The notes under the pieces are model-generated. The model was not told the origin of the DNA. It searched no databases and saw nothing but the letters and a program-made list of their open reading frames with translations. 64,000 nt of DNA from Deltaproteobacteria bacterium (GTDB lineage Bacteria > Bdellovibrionota_B > Oligoflexia > Oligoflexales > Bog-1112). Made by a program: the position numbers and the translations under genes. Each line of letters begins with the position of its first letter. Within the stretch, counting starts at the first letter, position 1. Shown in pieces: positions 36,951-45,715 of this stretch. The stretch lies in the NCBI GenBank assembly GCA_016186945.1, contig JACPKR010000032.1, positions 10,198-74,197 on the forward strand, written 5' to 3'.

Positions 36951-39095
36951 TTACCAAGTGTTTTCATCGTAAAGCGAGATGCGGTAAAAGAAGGACTCTT
37001 TCCCAAGTTGACCAACGCTTTTTTCCATCTGATAGCCTTCGATCTTTAGTAGGAGAGCCTGAAGCACGTCCACCGGTTTTCGGTAGGCTACCATTTCCCG
37101 ATAGCTTACTCTTCGGGCAAATTTTAGGTCGACATTGTAAAACTCCTCAACCATTTGATTTGCCAACGAGGTGTCCAGTCCTTCAAAGACGATTCCTGAT
37201 TCACTGTTAATATTTCTGCTACGAGGGTCAAGATTATAGGAACCGATCAAGGCGAGTTTACGATCCACGAGCATGAATTTTGAATGATTTGTACCTTGTT
37301 CCAGGATCCCGTCCTGGTCGATGTCGCCGGTCCATTCGTAAATTTCGATCTGCTTTGTTTGCTTCTTTTGTCCCGCTCGCTGGTAAGTATAGTCGGCAAA
37401 CTCTTTGAAGCGATGACGCGAAAGCAAGGCAACGGGAGGAACGTCGTTTGTTTCAAAGGCGTTTGTTATTATTTTGACCTCAACGCCTCTCTTCGCTGCC
37501 CGCCGGAGGCTTTTCATTACAGGCTCGGAGGGGATGAAGTAGGCATTTTCGATCAAAATCTCACTCGTTGCGTTGTTGATAAGGTTCAAATAGGCGTCTT
37601 CTATGTGCAATTCACCCAGTTTGGGCCGATTATGAACAATGCGAGCACTGTGCAATGGATAAAATTCGGGAGTCAAATGTTCAGCCTGGTCCCGCAGATC
37701 TCTCTCTATCTGCTGGATAGCGGCGCGAGCATAGGCGGTGAAATCCTGTTTGCTTTCCCTTATCCTGCGAATCTTGTATTGCTCGAAATGGGCGAGGAAA
37801 AACTTCTGATATTCTATAGCTTGCTTGATGGGGTCATAGGGATTGAAGCAGGAATCTTTGCGTGGGTTGAGGAAATTAGCGTTGTATGAGGCTACGTTAC
37901 TTTCAAAGACATTCACAAGATCTTGAACGATTTCCTTTCCCTCGACAATGATGTCCTGGTCCCGCCAATAGTGGAACCCGGGCCTGTTGACACGAAAATA
38001 CTCGTTACCGATATTCATCCCCCCCAGGACGGCTTTTTGACCATTTACGATCCAAAGTTTTTCATGGGGGCGCTGATCCAGTAGATTCTTGTCGATATTC
38101 TGGCCTTGATGCCACTGTTCCAAGAGATGATGAGATTCACACCGGTAGCCATGCACGGGGATGCCGGCTGCCATGAGGTTTCCGTACATTTTCTTCGTGT
38201 TTTCTCGTCTAGCTCCCTCTCGAATATCTGCAAAGGGCGTCAGAGCGTCGATCACGACTTCTACACGCACTCCATCCTGGGCTTTCCGAATCAGCGTGTC
38301 GGCAAGTCGCAAGCCGGCTTCATCCCCGGCAAAAGACAGACTCTGAATCAGAATGCTGTCACCTGGTTTGCTTGTGTCCTCTGAAGTCCTTAGCCGCATG
38401 GCTAGCGACTGATTTCCATCAAGAAGAGCAGCCTTCATAGTTGGGTCATCGTCGTAATACCTGACCAGACGGCCCCCAGGTTTGCTGGCTTCCGGCACCC
38501 TTAGCACCTCTATAGCTACTTCCTCTTCTTTCTCTAACTCTCGAAAAGCGGAGTATCGTTGGTGGCAAAGGGGGATGAGACGGTTGAGGAGAAGAAACGC
38601 CTGATCACGTTCCTTCTCGTCCTTGAAATACAGCTCAGGAAGGTGACCATCTGCCCTGCCTAACTCAAGCTGCCAGGCTAAACTTTGTCCCTCGACAAAG
38701 GGAGATCGTTTCACGGTGGTCGTTTTGCGCAGGTCGATGGGGCCTTCTTCAACCTTCACCAAGGTTTCATGTTCGTCGTAAACCTCGTTAGCGGCACTTA
38801 CAAAGCAGTTTTCGGCCAACATGAACTTGTTGATTGAGTAGTGTAGTTCCCCTTGTAACACCTGTGGGGAATCCGACCCGCTGGATTTGAACCTAACCTT
38901 GTACGCTTTGTGACCCTTGAGTGTCTCGCGATCCCCAAGTTTGCTATAAGCATCCTCAAATTTGCGAATCTGTTTTTCCAGGTATTCCATCTTTTGCTGA
39001 AGGTAAATCTTTCGCCCGTCACTGGTTTGGGCGTGGGAGTTGTGAGATACGAGAACCAGAAGGGAAACGAACCATTTTTTTCGAAAAAAAATCAT
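36951..39095 (-). CDS. Secreted phospholipase D-superfamily protein (two HKD motifs)
   Basis: Signal peptide MIFFRKKWFVSLLVLVSHNSHA. HKD-1 is HEKLWIVNGQKAVLGGMNIGNEY (Asn replaces the Asp). HKD-2 is HSKFMLVDRKLALIGSYNLDPRS. Confidence 0.85.
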   Translation of the reverse strand: MIFFRKKWFVSLLVLVSHNSHAQTSDGRKIYLQQKMEYLEKQIRKFEDAYSKLGDRETLKGHKAYKVRFKSSGSDSPQVLQGELHYSINKFMLAENCFVSAANEVYDEHETLVKVEEGPIDLRKTTTVKRSPFVEGQSLAWQLELGRADGHLPELYFKDEKERDQAFLLLNRLIPLCHQRYSAFRELEKEEEVAIEVLRVPEASKPGGRLVRYYDDDPTMKAALLDGNQSLAMRLRTSEDTSKPGDSILIQSLSFAGDEAGLRLADTLIRKAQDGVRVEVVIDALTPFADIREGARRENTKKMYGNLMAAGIPVHGYRCESHHLLEQWHQGQNIDKNLLDQRPHEKLWIVNGQKAVLGGMNIGNEYFRVNRPGFHYWRDQDIIVEGKEIVQDLVNVFESNVASYNANFLNPRKDSCFNPYDPIKQAIEYQKFFLAHFEQYKIRRIRESKQDFTAYARAAIQQIERDLRDQAEHLTPEFYPLHSARIVHNRPKLGELHIEDAYLNLINNATSEILIENAYFIPSEPVMKSLRRAAKRGVEVKIITNAFETNDVPPVALLSRHRFKEFADYTYQRAGQKKQTKQIEIYEWTGDIDQDGILEQGTNHSKFMLVDRKLALIGSYNLDPRSRNINSESGIVFEGLDTSLANQMVEEFYNVDLKFARRVSYREMVAYRKPVDVLQALLLKIEGYQMEKSVGQLGKESFFYRISLYDENTW

Positions 39096-39254
39096 GAGTT
39101 TTTCTTCCAAAAATCAGTTTTTGCCTCATCACAAATATCGAAAATCTGCATTTTTATCAATACAATAAGTGAGTTATAAAAAAACACATGCTTTTCCTAA
39201 AATTCAGTAAAGATAGGCCGGTATTCTACCGATCAGTATTGTGATTTTGAGTTT

Positions 39255-39578
39255 ATGAGGGCCGAAATGGAAGAGCGGAGACAATTCGATCGTTTGGAGC
39301 TGGAAAGCCTTTCGGCAAGATTGATCCTTGTGAAAGAAGATAGGGAGGTGGATTACTTTCCCATCAACGTTTCCCGCCGCGGCATCAACGTCTTCACATC
39401 ATCGCCGCTTCCTGTGGATGAGAAACTGCTTCTGGAATTGGACACCGGAGCGGTAGAATTAACCGTTCGCTGGTGCAAGGCTAAGCCCGACGATCCGGCC
39501 TTCTACCGTTGTGGTCTTGAGGTCGTCAACGATGAGCATCTGGACGAGTTGGTCCAGGATCACCTGAGAGCTGCCTAA
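39255..39578 (+). CDS. PilZ-domain (c-di-GMP-binding) protein
   Basis: RRQFDR (RRxxxR) and NVSRRG ((D/N)xSxxG) motifs at canonical spacing; 107 aa. Confidence 0.8.
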   Translation: MRAEMEERRQFDRLELESLSARLILVKEDREVDYFPINVSRRGINVFTSSPLPVDEKLLLELDTGAVELTVRWCKAKPDDPAFYRCGLEVVNDEHLDELVQDHLRAA

Positions 39579-39584
39579 TTTTTC

Positions 39585-40478
39585 ATGACACAAACCTGTA
39601 CGAATTTATCCGTGCCCTACGCCGAAGAATGGCTGCTTGCCTTTGTTAACACCGTACGAGTTGACTGGCTAAGTCCCATCGTTCACGGAATTACATTTAT
39701 CGGCGATGCCGAATTTTATGTACTCTTCTTTGCGATTGGGTTCGCGACAGGGAAACGCTTCAATTTTTACCACCTGGGATTTCTTCTACTGACCTCCGCA
39801 TTGATCAATCAATGGGCGAAAGACCTCGTGCTGGCATGCCGTCCTTTGTCTGTGACCCCTCTGATAACAATCGAAACGGGGGATCTGTCGTTCCCCAGTG
39901 GTCATGCCCAGATTTCGGCAGCCTTCTGGGGCTATTTGGCACTTGTGTCCAAGAAAACGCGGTGGAGACTGGCTGCTATTTCAACTCTTCTCCTCATAGC
40001 GCTGTCTCGACCGTATTTGGGTGTGCATTATTTTCATGACATAGCCGCAGGGCTTGTTTTAGGCGGGCTTTTGGCCTTTGTTTTTTACTATTGGAACCGG
40101 GCAATTGATAGATGGCTGACATCATGGATCCATGCCATCATCGTGTTTGGCGGCAGCCTTTTTGTCTGTCTGCTCATCCCGACTCAATCTTTTAGCGCAT
40201 ATCAGTATTGGGGAGCCTTGCTTGGCCTAGGTCTTGGATACATCTATAACGACAGACTTCTGAAGCTCCCTCAGGATTCTCCGCCCAGGCGCAAATGGCC
40301 TATGCTCATATATTCCTTGGCAGGCGTCCTTTGTTTCTACTTCGGCCTTGAGAAGCTTTTTAATTTATGGGGAGTTCACCCAGCAGTTTCTTACTCTCTT
40401 CGCTTTTTTCTTTTAACAGTTTGGGTCACCGTGGGTGTACGCTGGATTCGTTCTTTTCACTCGAGAATAGCAAATTGA
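39585..40478 (+). CDS. PAP2-family membrane phosphatase
   Basis: KDLVLACRP (KxxxxxxRP), PSGH, and SRPYLGVHYFHD (SRxxxxxHxxxD). It starts 6 nt after the PilZ gene, so an operon is likely. Confidence 0.85.
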   Translation: MTQTCTNLSVPYAEEWLLAFVNTVRVDWLSPIVHGITFIGDAEFYVLFFAIGFATGKRFNFYHLGFLLLTSALINQWAKDLVLACRPLSVTPLITIETGDLSFPSGHAQISAAFWGYLALVSKKTRWRLAAISTLLLIALSRPYLGVHYFHDIAAGLVLGGLLAFVFYYWNRAIDRWLTSWIHAIIVFGGSLFVCLLIPTQSFSAYQYWGALLGLGLGYIYNDRLLKLPQDSPPRRKWPMLIYSLAGVLCFYFGLEKLFNLWGVHPAVSYSLRFFLLTVWVTVGVRWIRSFHSRIAN

Positions 40479-40487
40479 GGCCAGAGA

Positions 40488-40661
40488 TTAGGTTCTGATT
40501 TTCACTTTATGTTTGTATAAATAATGATGGACCCAATAGAAATCCCTAAATGGAGTAGCGCCTACAAACTTTCCGTGGTTGAAAAACTTATAGAGGGCCA
40601 GATACTTCTTGTACATCTCGACGATCTTATTAAACTCTTCTCGTCGAGATTCCATCATCAT
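40488..40661 (-). CDS. Possible small basic protein (57 aa)
   Basis: The minus strand has GAGGTGA-ttt-ATGATGATGGAA..., encoding MMMESRREEFNKIVEMYKKYLALYKFFNHGKFVGATPFRDFYWVHHYLYKHKVKIRT. It competes with the SD-less plus-strand ORF 40524..40760. Below the ORF-track size cut-off. Confidence 0.35.
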   Translation of the reverse strand: MMMESRREEFNKIVEMYKKYLALYKFFNHGKFVGATPFRDFYWVHHYLYKHKVKIRT

Positions 40662-40776
40662 AAATCACCTCTTCAAATGTTAAATAACGGTATAATGAGG
40701 GATAAACTTGAAAATAGAATGAATTCTCTCTTTTTTCTCAGGGCTTATAACGGTTATTAAATAGGAAGGAGCGCCC

Positions 40777-41175
40777 ATGTTCAGACATTTTCTTGCCCTA
40801 GCCTTTTTCCTCAGTTCCTTTGCTGCCTTTGCTGAAAACGTTACTTTAGAGGTTAAAGAATCATGGGAAAACAACAGGTTAACCTTGCGTTTTACGGTTC
40901 ACCACAAGCAAGGAACCAAGCTTAACCTCGACGCCCCATGGAAGCTTCTGATCGAGGGAGAAGCCGCTGGATGTTTTCCAGAAAGGCAACTTGGCCGCCA
41001 GCAATTCTCAAGTGACTTGCCAGGTTTTGTTTTGACGTCTGGTCCTTTGTCAGGACCGTCTCTTAAAGTACCATACAAACTGATGGCTTATTCGTGCCTC
41101 TTAGATGGATCTTCGTGTTTCCGCGATGTCGTTGCGGGGGAATTTATCGCCACAAAGCCATCATTAAATAGGTAG
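40777..41175 (+). CDS. Secreted hypothetical protein (132 aa; DsbD-N-terminal-like guess)
   Basis: GGAAGGAG upstream. Signal peptide MFRHFLALAFFLSSFAAFA. The C-terminal YSCLLDGSSCF pair of Cys residues is reminiscent of the DsbD alpha-domain (weak). Confidence 0.55.
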   Translation: MFRHFLALAFFLSSFAAFAENVTLEVKESWENNRLTLRFTVHHKQGTKLNLDAPWKLLIEGEAAGCFPERQLGRQQFSSDLPGFVLTSGPLSGPSLKVPYKLMAYSCLLDGSSCFRDVVAGEFIATKPSLNR

Positions 41176-41349
41176 TTCTTCATGGTAACGAATTGTCTGT
41201 GGGAAGTTTCAAATGTTTACTGATTCACAGATCCACAATTCGATTTTCATCAGAGAAAACAAGGGCTTCAGATTTTGGAACGGCGCTTGCATCTAAGTTA
41301 TTAGAAAAAAAGAAAAACTTGCAGCTTACAGACACGGCCAGGAGGCACC

Positions 41350-42024
41350 CTAGTTCTCGAAAAGACTAGCAAGGCGGTGACCCAGTTGGGTGTATTTCGT
41401 CTTCAGATAGTCTTGGTTGTGGGGTGTTAAGGTTCCTAGGGAGGGGACTATTTCGCAGACTTCAATCCCACGGCGTATCAGCTCTTCCACCTTCCTTGGG
41501 TTGTTGGTATTGAGGCGGATTTTTTTAATGCCCAGGGTTTTCAGAATTTCAGCTGCGGTTGAGAATTGGCGCATATCGTCGGGAAAACCAAGGGCGTGAT
41601 TTGCGGACAGGGTGTCATGCCCCTCATTTTGTAAATTGTACGCTCGGATTTTATTTCCGAGTCCTATTCCCCGTCCTTCGTGATTGCGCAGGTAGATGAT
41701 CATCCCCCGCCCTTTTTCAGCGATTTTCGCCAAAGCCATGTCAAGTTGCGTTTTGCAATCGCATTTAAGGGAGGAAAAAACCTCGCCAGTCATGCATTCC
41801 GAATGCACTCTGAGAAAGACTGGCTCGTTATTTTCCACATCACCTTTTTTGACGACGACATGCTCTGTCGCGTCGAGGGATGTACGGAATACAAGCAAAT
41901 CAAAGTCGCCAAAGATCAGGGGAATTTTCGATTCGGCATATTTCCAAACCTTCACAACAGGTTCACTAGATTGGCTTGAGGATCGGTTCATGGGGGTAAA
42001 TGTCTCACAACTGAAATTTTTCAT
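41350..42024 (-). CDS. ribA: GTP cyclohydrolase II
   Basis: RVHSECMTGEVFSSLKCDCKTQL, HEGRGIGLGNKIRAYNLQNEGHDT, NNPRK. Confidence 0.92.
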   Translation of the reverse strand: MKNFSCETFTPMNRSSSQSSEPVVKVWKYAESKIPLIFGDFDLLVFRTSLDATEHVVVKKGDVENNEPVFLRVHSECMTGEVFSSLKCDCKTQLDMALAKIAEKGRGMIIYLRNHEGRGIGLGNKIRAYNLQNEGHDTLSANHALGFPDDMRQFSTAAEILKTLGIKKIRLNTNNPRKVEELIRRGIEVCEIVPSLGTLTPHNQDYLKTKYTQLGHRLASLFEN

Positions 42025-42060
42025 TATTTATCACATCTGGAAATGGCGGCAACCGATAAG

Positions 42061-42456
42061 CTATGAAAATGAGTTTTGTTTCCAATCTCGAATGTTCAAT
42101 ATAATTGAGAGGATCACCGCCGCAATCAGAATGGCCACAGAGAGGACGTTGATCTGTAAATCGGAGAGTACAACTCCGAAGAGATGCTGAACAAAATAGG
42201 CAATGTAACTGTTGGGCAGTTCCGTTTCGCCAAGCTGATGTTTAATCGCCCAGTGCAGGTCAGTGACGAAGCAATAGCCAATACCGTACCATATGCCAAG
42301 CACCACCCAAGAAAACACAACTAAAGCTACAGATAATAAATGGATCTTTCGGGTCTTTCTGAAAGCCCATCCTATCGTCACGAATATCATGAAACAGGCG
42401 TGAAAGGCATCGAGGAAGAAATCACTGAGCTGAAGGACAAGGTGCGAGGTTTCCAA
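42061..42456 (-). CDS. Small 4-TM membrane protein (DUF2784-like guess)
   Basis: 131 aa, four hydrophobic helices. Family name is tentative. Confidence 0.55.
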   Translation of the reverse strand: METSHLVLQLSDFFLDAFHACFMIFVTIGWAFRKTRKIHLLSVALVVFSWVVLGIWYGIGYCFVTDLHWAIKHQLGETELPNSYIAYFVQHLFGVVLSDLQINVLSVAILIAAVILSIILNIRDWKQNSFS

Positions 42457-42509
42457 TGCTTACCTTTCAATTTGGGGACAAACTTTTTGAAAAAAGTTAT
42501 TTCCCCAAC

Positions 42510-42618
42510 CCCCTTTTCAAAAACTTCAGTATCTAAAGTTTTTTGGGGGGAGGTGTGGAGGGGAACTTTTTTTCAAAAAAGGTCCTCTCCACAAATTCTT
42601 TTTCCCAAAAAACTATAG
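42510..42618 (-). repeat. Repeat family R2, copy 1 (~109 bp, long hairpin GTGGAG(A/G)GGA(C/A)C-T6-7/A6-7-...CTCCAC)
   Basis: Near-identical, inverted copy of 53404-53511. It lies immediately downstream of the 42621..43100 gene. A related extra hairpin TTGGGGACAAACTTTTTGAAAAAAGTTATTTCCCCAA sits at ~42470-42508. Confidence 0.8.
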
Positions 42619-42620
42619 TT

Positions 42621-43100
42621 TCACGACGACTCTCGCGCTAGCTCTGCCTTCACATGCTGGCTTAAGTGCCGGCTCTGTAAGGTAAGAATTTCCTCGTCTT
42701 GCGCCCAAAGGCTTGCAACCGTCCTTAGCACCTTTAAAAACCCTGCTATGTCTCCCCGATCCTCTTTTGGAAATTCGATTCCCCCGTAAAAAGGATCGCC
42801 GTTTGGGGTGAGGAAGAGGTTAAGCGGCCATCCGTGCGCTCCTGTCATGGCGAAGAGAGCAGCCGTATAGAACTGTTCGACTTCGGGCTTCTGATTGTGA
42901 TCGAGCCTGATCGGGACAAAATGTTCATTTACGAAGGAAACGATGTCCGCATCTTCGAAGCACTCACGCTCCCACCCTTCACACGCGTCGTGATGGGGCA
43001 TGCGGATGTACAAATAAACTGGCTTATTGCCCTCCCGGGCCTTCCCTAAGGTCAGGTTTCCCCAGGGAAGCCAGCGAATCGCTTCTTGCTCCTGCTTCAT
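42621..43100 (-). CDS. Thioredoxin-fold DUF255-type protein, stand-alone N-terminal domain
   Basis: KPVYLYIRMPHHDACEGWERECFEDADIVSFVNEHFVPIRLDHNQKPEVEQFYTAALFAMTGAHGWPLNLFLTPNGDPFYGG follows the DUF255/YyaL N-domain pattern, but with HHDAC in place of the usual CxxC. ATG 43100 with AAGGA upstream. Confidence 0.7.
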   Translation of the reverse strand: MKQEQEAIRWLPWGNLTLGKAREGNKPVYLYIRMPHHDACEGWERECFEDADIVSFVNEHFVPIRLDHNQKPEVEQFYTAALFAMTGAHGWPLNLFLTPNGDPFYGGIEFPKEDRGDIAGFLKVLRTVASLWAQDEEILTLQSRHLSQHVKAELARESS

Positions 43101-43185
43101 GGTTATCCTTGTCAAAGCTCGCGAGGCACGTTAAGTTCCCGTCTTTTACATGAGTTTTCTGGAGTCAACCAGTAGGAAATCTACG
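43098..43185 (-). repeat. Repeat family R3, copy 1: ~88-bp 5' leader/promoter block including SD and ATG
   Basis: Gene-sense sequence GTAGATTTCCTACTGGTTGACTCCAGAAAACTCATGTAAAAGACGGGAACTTAACGTGCCTCGCGAGCTTTGACAAGGATAACCATG. Duplicated at 45716-45801. Confidence 0.8.
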
Positions 43186-43190
43186 TTCGG

Positions 43191-43336
43191 GTAATGCGTA
43201 AGCCACTTGGGGCAAATAGGGAGAGGGGGGTTTGGGGGGGCGAGGGAACCGTCGCTCCCCCAAGGGATTTCTTGGAGGAACCAGCTGCGCAGTTTCCTCC
43301 GAACCACCTCCTTGCCCCAAGTGGCTTACGCATTAC
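43191..43336 (-). mobile_element. MITE-like element, full copy with both 25-bp TIRs intact
   Basis: GTAATGCGTAAGCCACTTGGGGCAA...TTGCCCCAAGTGGCTTACGCATTAC. Flanks are ACGTTCGG / ACGTTCAGG (an imperfect 8-9 bp TSD). Confidence 0.88.
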
Positions 43337-43354
43337 ACGTTCAGGCTAGCAGAG

Positions 43355-44215
43355 CTACATTAGTTCTTCAGTAGAAACGAGTTGAGGGTCCTCTATATAG
43401 AAATCTGCGGCGAGTTTATTTCCAGGTTCGCATGCATAATGCGAAAAATTGTCAACTCCTTGCGTGCGTAGAAAATCTTCATCCACAAGAGTTTGACCTG
43501 TGACCTTGCCCTGGGTGTTGGTGAAGAGCGCGTAAGCTGCATCTGCCACAATTTCAGGTGTGCGGCAATGACGCCGAGCTTCTTTCCCTGCTATCCATTC
43601 TATAGCCGCTGTATCAATGACTGTCTTGGGCCAGAGGGAGTTGACGGCAATCTTCTTTGCACGAAATTCGTCAGCCATTCCCAAAGTGCAAAGGCTCATT
43701 CCGTATTTTGAAATTGTGTAGGCCAGTCGTCCCTTCAACCATTTGGGATCCCACGACAAGGGCGGGGAAAGGTTCAGGATATGAGCCTGAGAGGACTTTT
43801 CCAGATAGGGAAGACAAGCCCGGGCGCAGAGAAACGCAGATCTGACGTTGATGCCGTTGACAAGATCGAAGATTTTCGGACTCGTCTCTGCGACGGGCAC
43901 CATTTTCAAGGCGCCTGCATTATTGACGAGGATGTCAATGCCCCCAAAGGTTTTTACAGCCTGTGCTACCATCGCATCAATCTGCTCGTAGTCTCGCACG
44001 TCAACCCCGAGGGGAAGCGCACGACCTCCCGCCTTTTCCACTTCCTTAGCAACGGAAGTCACCGTGCCCTGAAGTTTGGGGTGAGGCTGCACCGATTTTG
44101 CAGCAAGCACAAGGTTCGCACCCCCTTTCGCACAACGCAACGCAATCGCACGACCAATCCCGCGACTCGCACCTGTCACAAGAACTGTTTTTCCCTTGAG
44201 AGCTTGATCTGCCAT
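43355..44215 (-). CDS. Short-chain dehydrogenase/reductase (SDR) family oxidoreductase
   Basis: TGASRGIGRAIA cofactor motif, NNAG, and YTISKYG (YxxxK). Confidence 0.88.
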   Translation of the reverse strand: MADQALKGKTVLVTGASRGIGRAIALRCAKGGANLVLAAKSVQPHPKLQGTVTSVAKEVEKAGGRALPLGVDVRDYEQIDAMVAQAVKTFGGIDILVNNAGALKMVPVAETSPKIFDLVNGINVRSAFLCARACLPYLEKSSQAHILNLSPPLSWDPKWLKGRLAYTISKYGMSLCTLGMADEFRAKKIAVNSLWPKTVIDTAAIEWIAGKEARRHCRTPEIVADAAYALFTNTQGKVTGQTLVDEDFLRTQGVDNFSHYACEPGNKLAADFYIEDPQLVSTEELM

Positions 44216-44225
44216 AGATTCTTCC

Positions 44226-44603
44226 CTAGTTGGTCACCGTTTCGTAAATCAGTGTACCACCCCAGGCGAGGCCCAACAAAGCAGCAAGTGCCCCCGCACC
44301 GATGAACACCCCCATTCCCACACTTCTGCAAGTGTTTTTGAGATCTTCATGGTTGCGATCGTAACTGCTATGCCCGTAACAGAAGCTACCAAGACCGACG
44401 CAACTGAGAGTCAGACTTCCGAGTGCTCCTATTCCAAAGTAATGGTAATGACCCAGCCACCAGTCCCCTACTTGGGAAGCTGTCAAGATTTCACCAGGTT
44501 CTGCTGAGTCGCTCACTGTCGTATTGTTAGCAAAGGTACTTGAAGAGAGCGTTCCGAAACTTAGAGATAGCGTCAGGACAATTTGCATACATTTTTTCAC
44601 CAT
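44226..44603 (-). CDS. Small secreted/membrane protein with glycine-zipper-like helices
   Basis: Signal-like N-terminus MQIVLTLSLSFGTLSSSTFA. Gly-rich hydrophobic segments. Tightly packed between hemH and the SDR gene. Confidence 0.5.
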   Translation of the reverse strand: MVKKCMQIVLTLSLSFGTLSSSTFANNTTVSDSAEPGEILTASQVGDWWLGHYHYFGIGALGSLTLSCVGLGSFCYGHSSYDRNHEDLKNTCRSVGMGVFIGAGALAALLGLAWGGTLIYETVTN

Positions 44604-44605
44604 AA

Positions 44606-45634
44606 TTAACTCCTAGCTAGGCTTAGATCACGAACCATTCGTCCTGCTGCTCTAACCCAAAGCGGATCATCATTCAAGCTGGGAAGAAGTGAGAGGCTCT
44701 CTCCTCCCCATTGTTTCCATGACTCCGTTGCTCGGATCCCAATCTCTTCCAAGGTCTCCAGACAGTCGGCAACAAATGAAGGACAAACGATACCAAGTTT
44801 GCGAATATGGCGAGCAGCAAGTTCCTCAATCACTTTATCCGTAAAGGGTTGTATCCAGGGCGTTCGCCCCAATCTGGATTGGAAGGAGATCGAGACATTT
44901 CTCTGAATCCCCACTTTTTCCGTCAACAGCCTTACGGACTCATAACATTGCGCACGGTAGCAGTAGTCCGGTTCAGAAAGGCATTTACTACTCTGCTCCT
45001 TCGTTAACTCAGGATGACGAAGCTGGCACCCACTTTTTGTAAGATGTCTTAGCGGCAGGCCATGAAAGCTGAAGAGTACGTGATCAAATTCTTTATCGAG
45101 GAATTCCCTAACTCTGTCCGCCATAACTTCCAGGTAGGCATCGGCATTGTAAAATGGCGGAACTAAGTGAATAGGAGGGATGTTCCATCGGCCACTTAAT
45201 TCTCTCAGGACCTTAGCCACGGCACTGCCCCAAGATGAAGCGGCATAGTGGGGGAACAAGGGAAAGACAATCAGAGGTGAACAATGTTCGAGTGTTTGCA
45301 TTGCTTGCTTTATGGAAGGACTGCCATACTGCATACCGACACTTACGCAATAAGTGTCACCAAGCTCCTCGTGTAAGGAGTGGGCGAATTTCAAACTATG
45401 GTTCATCAGTGGAGAACCATGTTCTGTCCAAACCTTCGCATACGCCTTCGCAGACGCTCGCGATCGAAAGGGGACGATGACTCCGTTGACAAGAATAAAC
45501 CTCGCCCAGACAGGAATATCGACCACTCGTGGGTCAGACAAAAACTCGCGAAGATAGCTCCCTACAGCCCGTACCGTTGGTGCATCTGGTGTTCCTGTGT
45601 TCATAAGAAGAACACCTGTCTGTTTGGGCGGCAT
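44606..45634 (-). CDS. hemH: Ferrochelatase
   Basis: GVLLMNTGTPDAP N-terminus, FSFHGLP, and CPSFVADCLETLEEI. Full-length HemH pattern. Confidence 0.92.
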   Translation of the reverse strand: MPPKQTGVLLMNTGTPDAPTVRAVGSYLREFLSDPRVVDIPVWARFILVNGVIVPFRSRASAKAYAKVWTEHGSPLMNHSLKFAHSLHEELGDTYCVSVGMQYGSPSIKQAMQTLEHCSPLIVFPLFPHYAASSWGSAVAKVLRELSGRWNIPPIHLVPPFYNADAYLEVMADRVREFLDKEFDHVLFSFHGLPLRHLTKSGCQLRHPELTKEQSSKCLSEPDYCYRAQCYESVRLLTEKVGIQRNVSISFQSRLGRTPWIQPFTDKVIEELAARHIRKLGIVCPSFVADCLETLEEIGIRATESWKQWGGESLSLLPSLNDDPLWVRAAGRMVRDLSLARS

Positions 45635-45715
45635 ACGTCTCCTTTTCGCCAGGCTTGGTGACCACGAATTTCCCCAGTACGCCCGCCAGACGCCTTCGTC
45701 TCGACTTCATTCGAG

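Noticed and set aside
40524-40760. Plus-strand 78-aa ORF.
   Set aside because: It has no SD, and it overlaps a minus-strand 57-codon ORF that has a strong GAGGTGA SD. Neither is certain, so only the minus one is listed, and at low confidence.
42025-42060. Riboswitches: FMN upstream of ribA, TPP near thiI, and a T-box or operator upstream of thrS.
   Set aside because: The leaders are too short (ribA has ~35 nt), or they are occupied by repeat elements (R2 before thiI, the MITE relic before thrS). No conserved riboswitch cores were recognised by eye.
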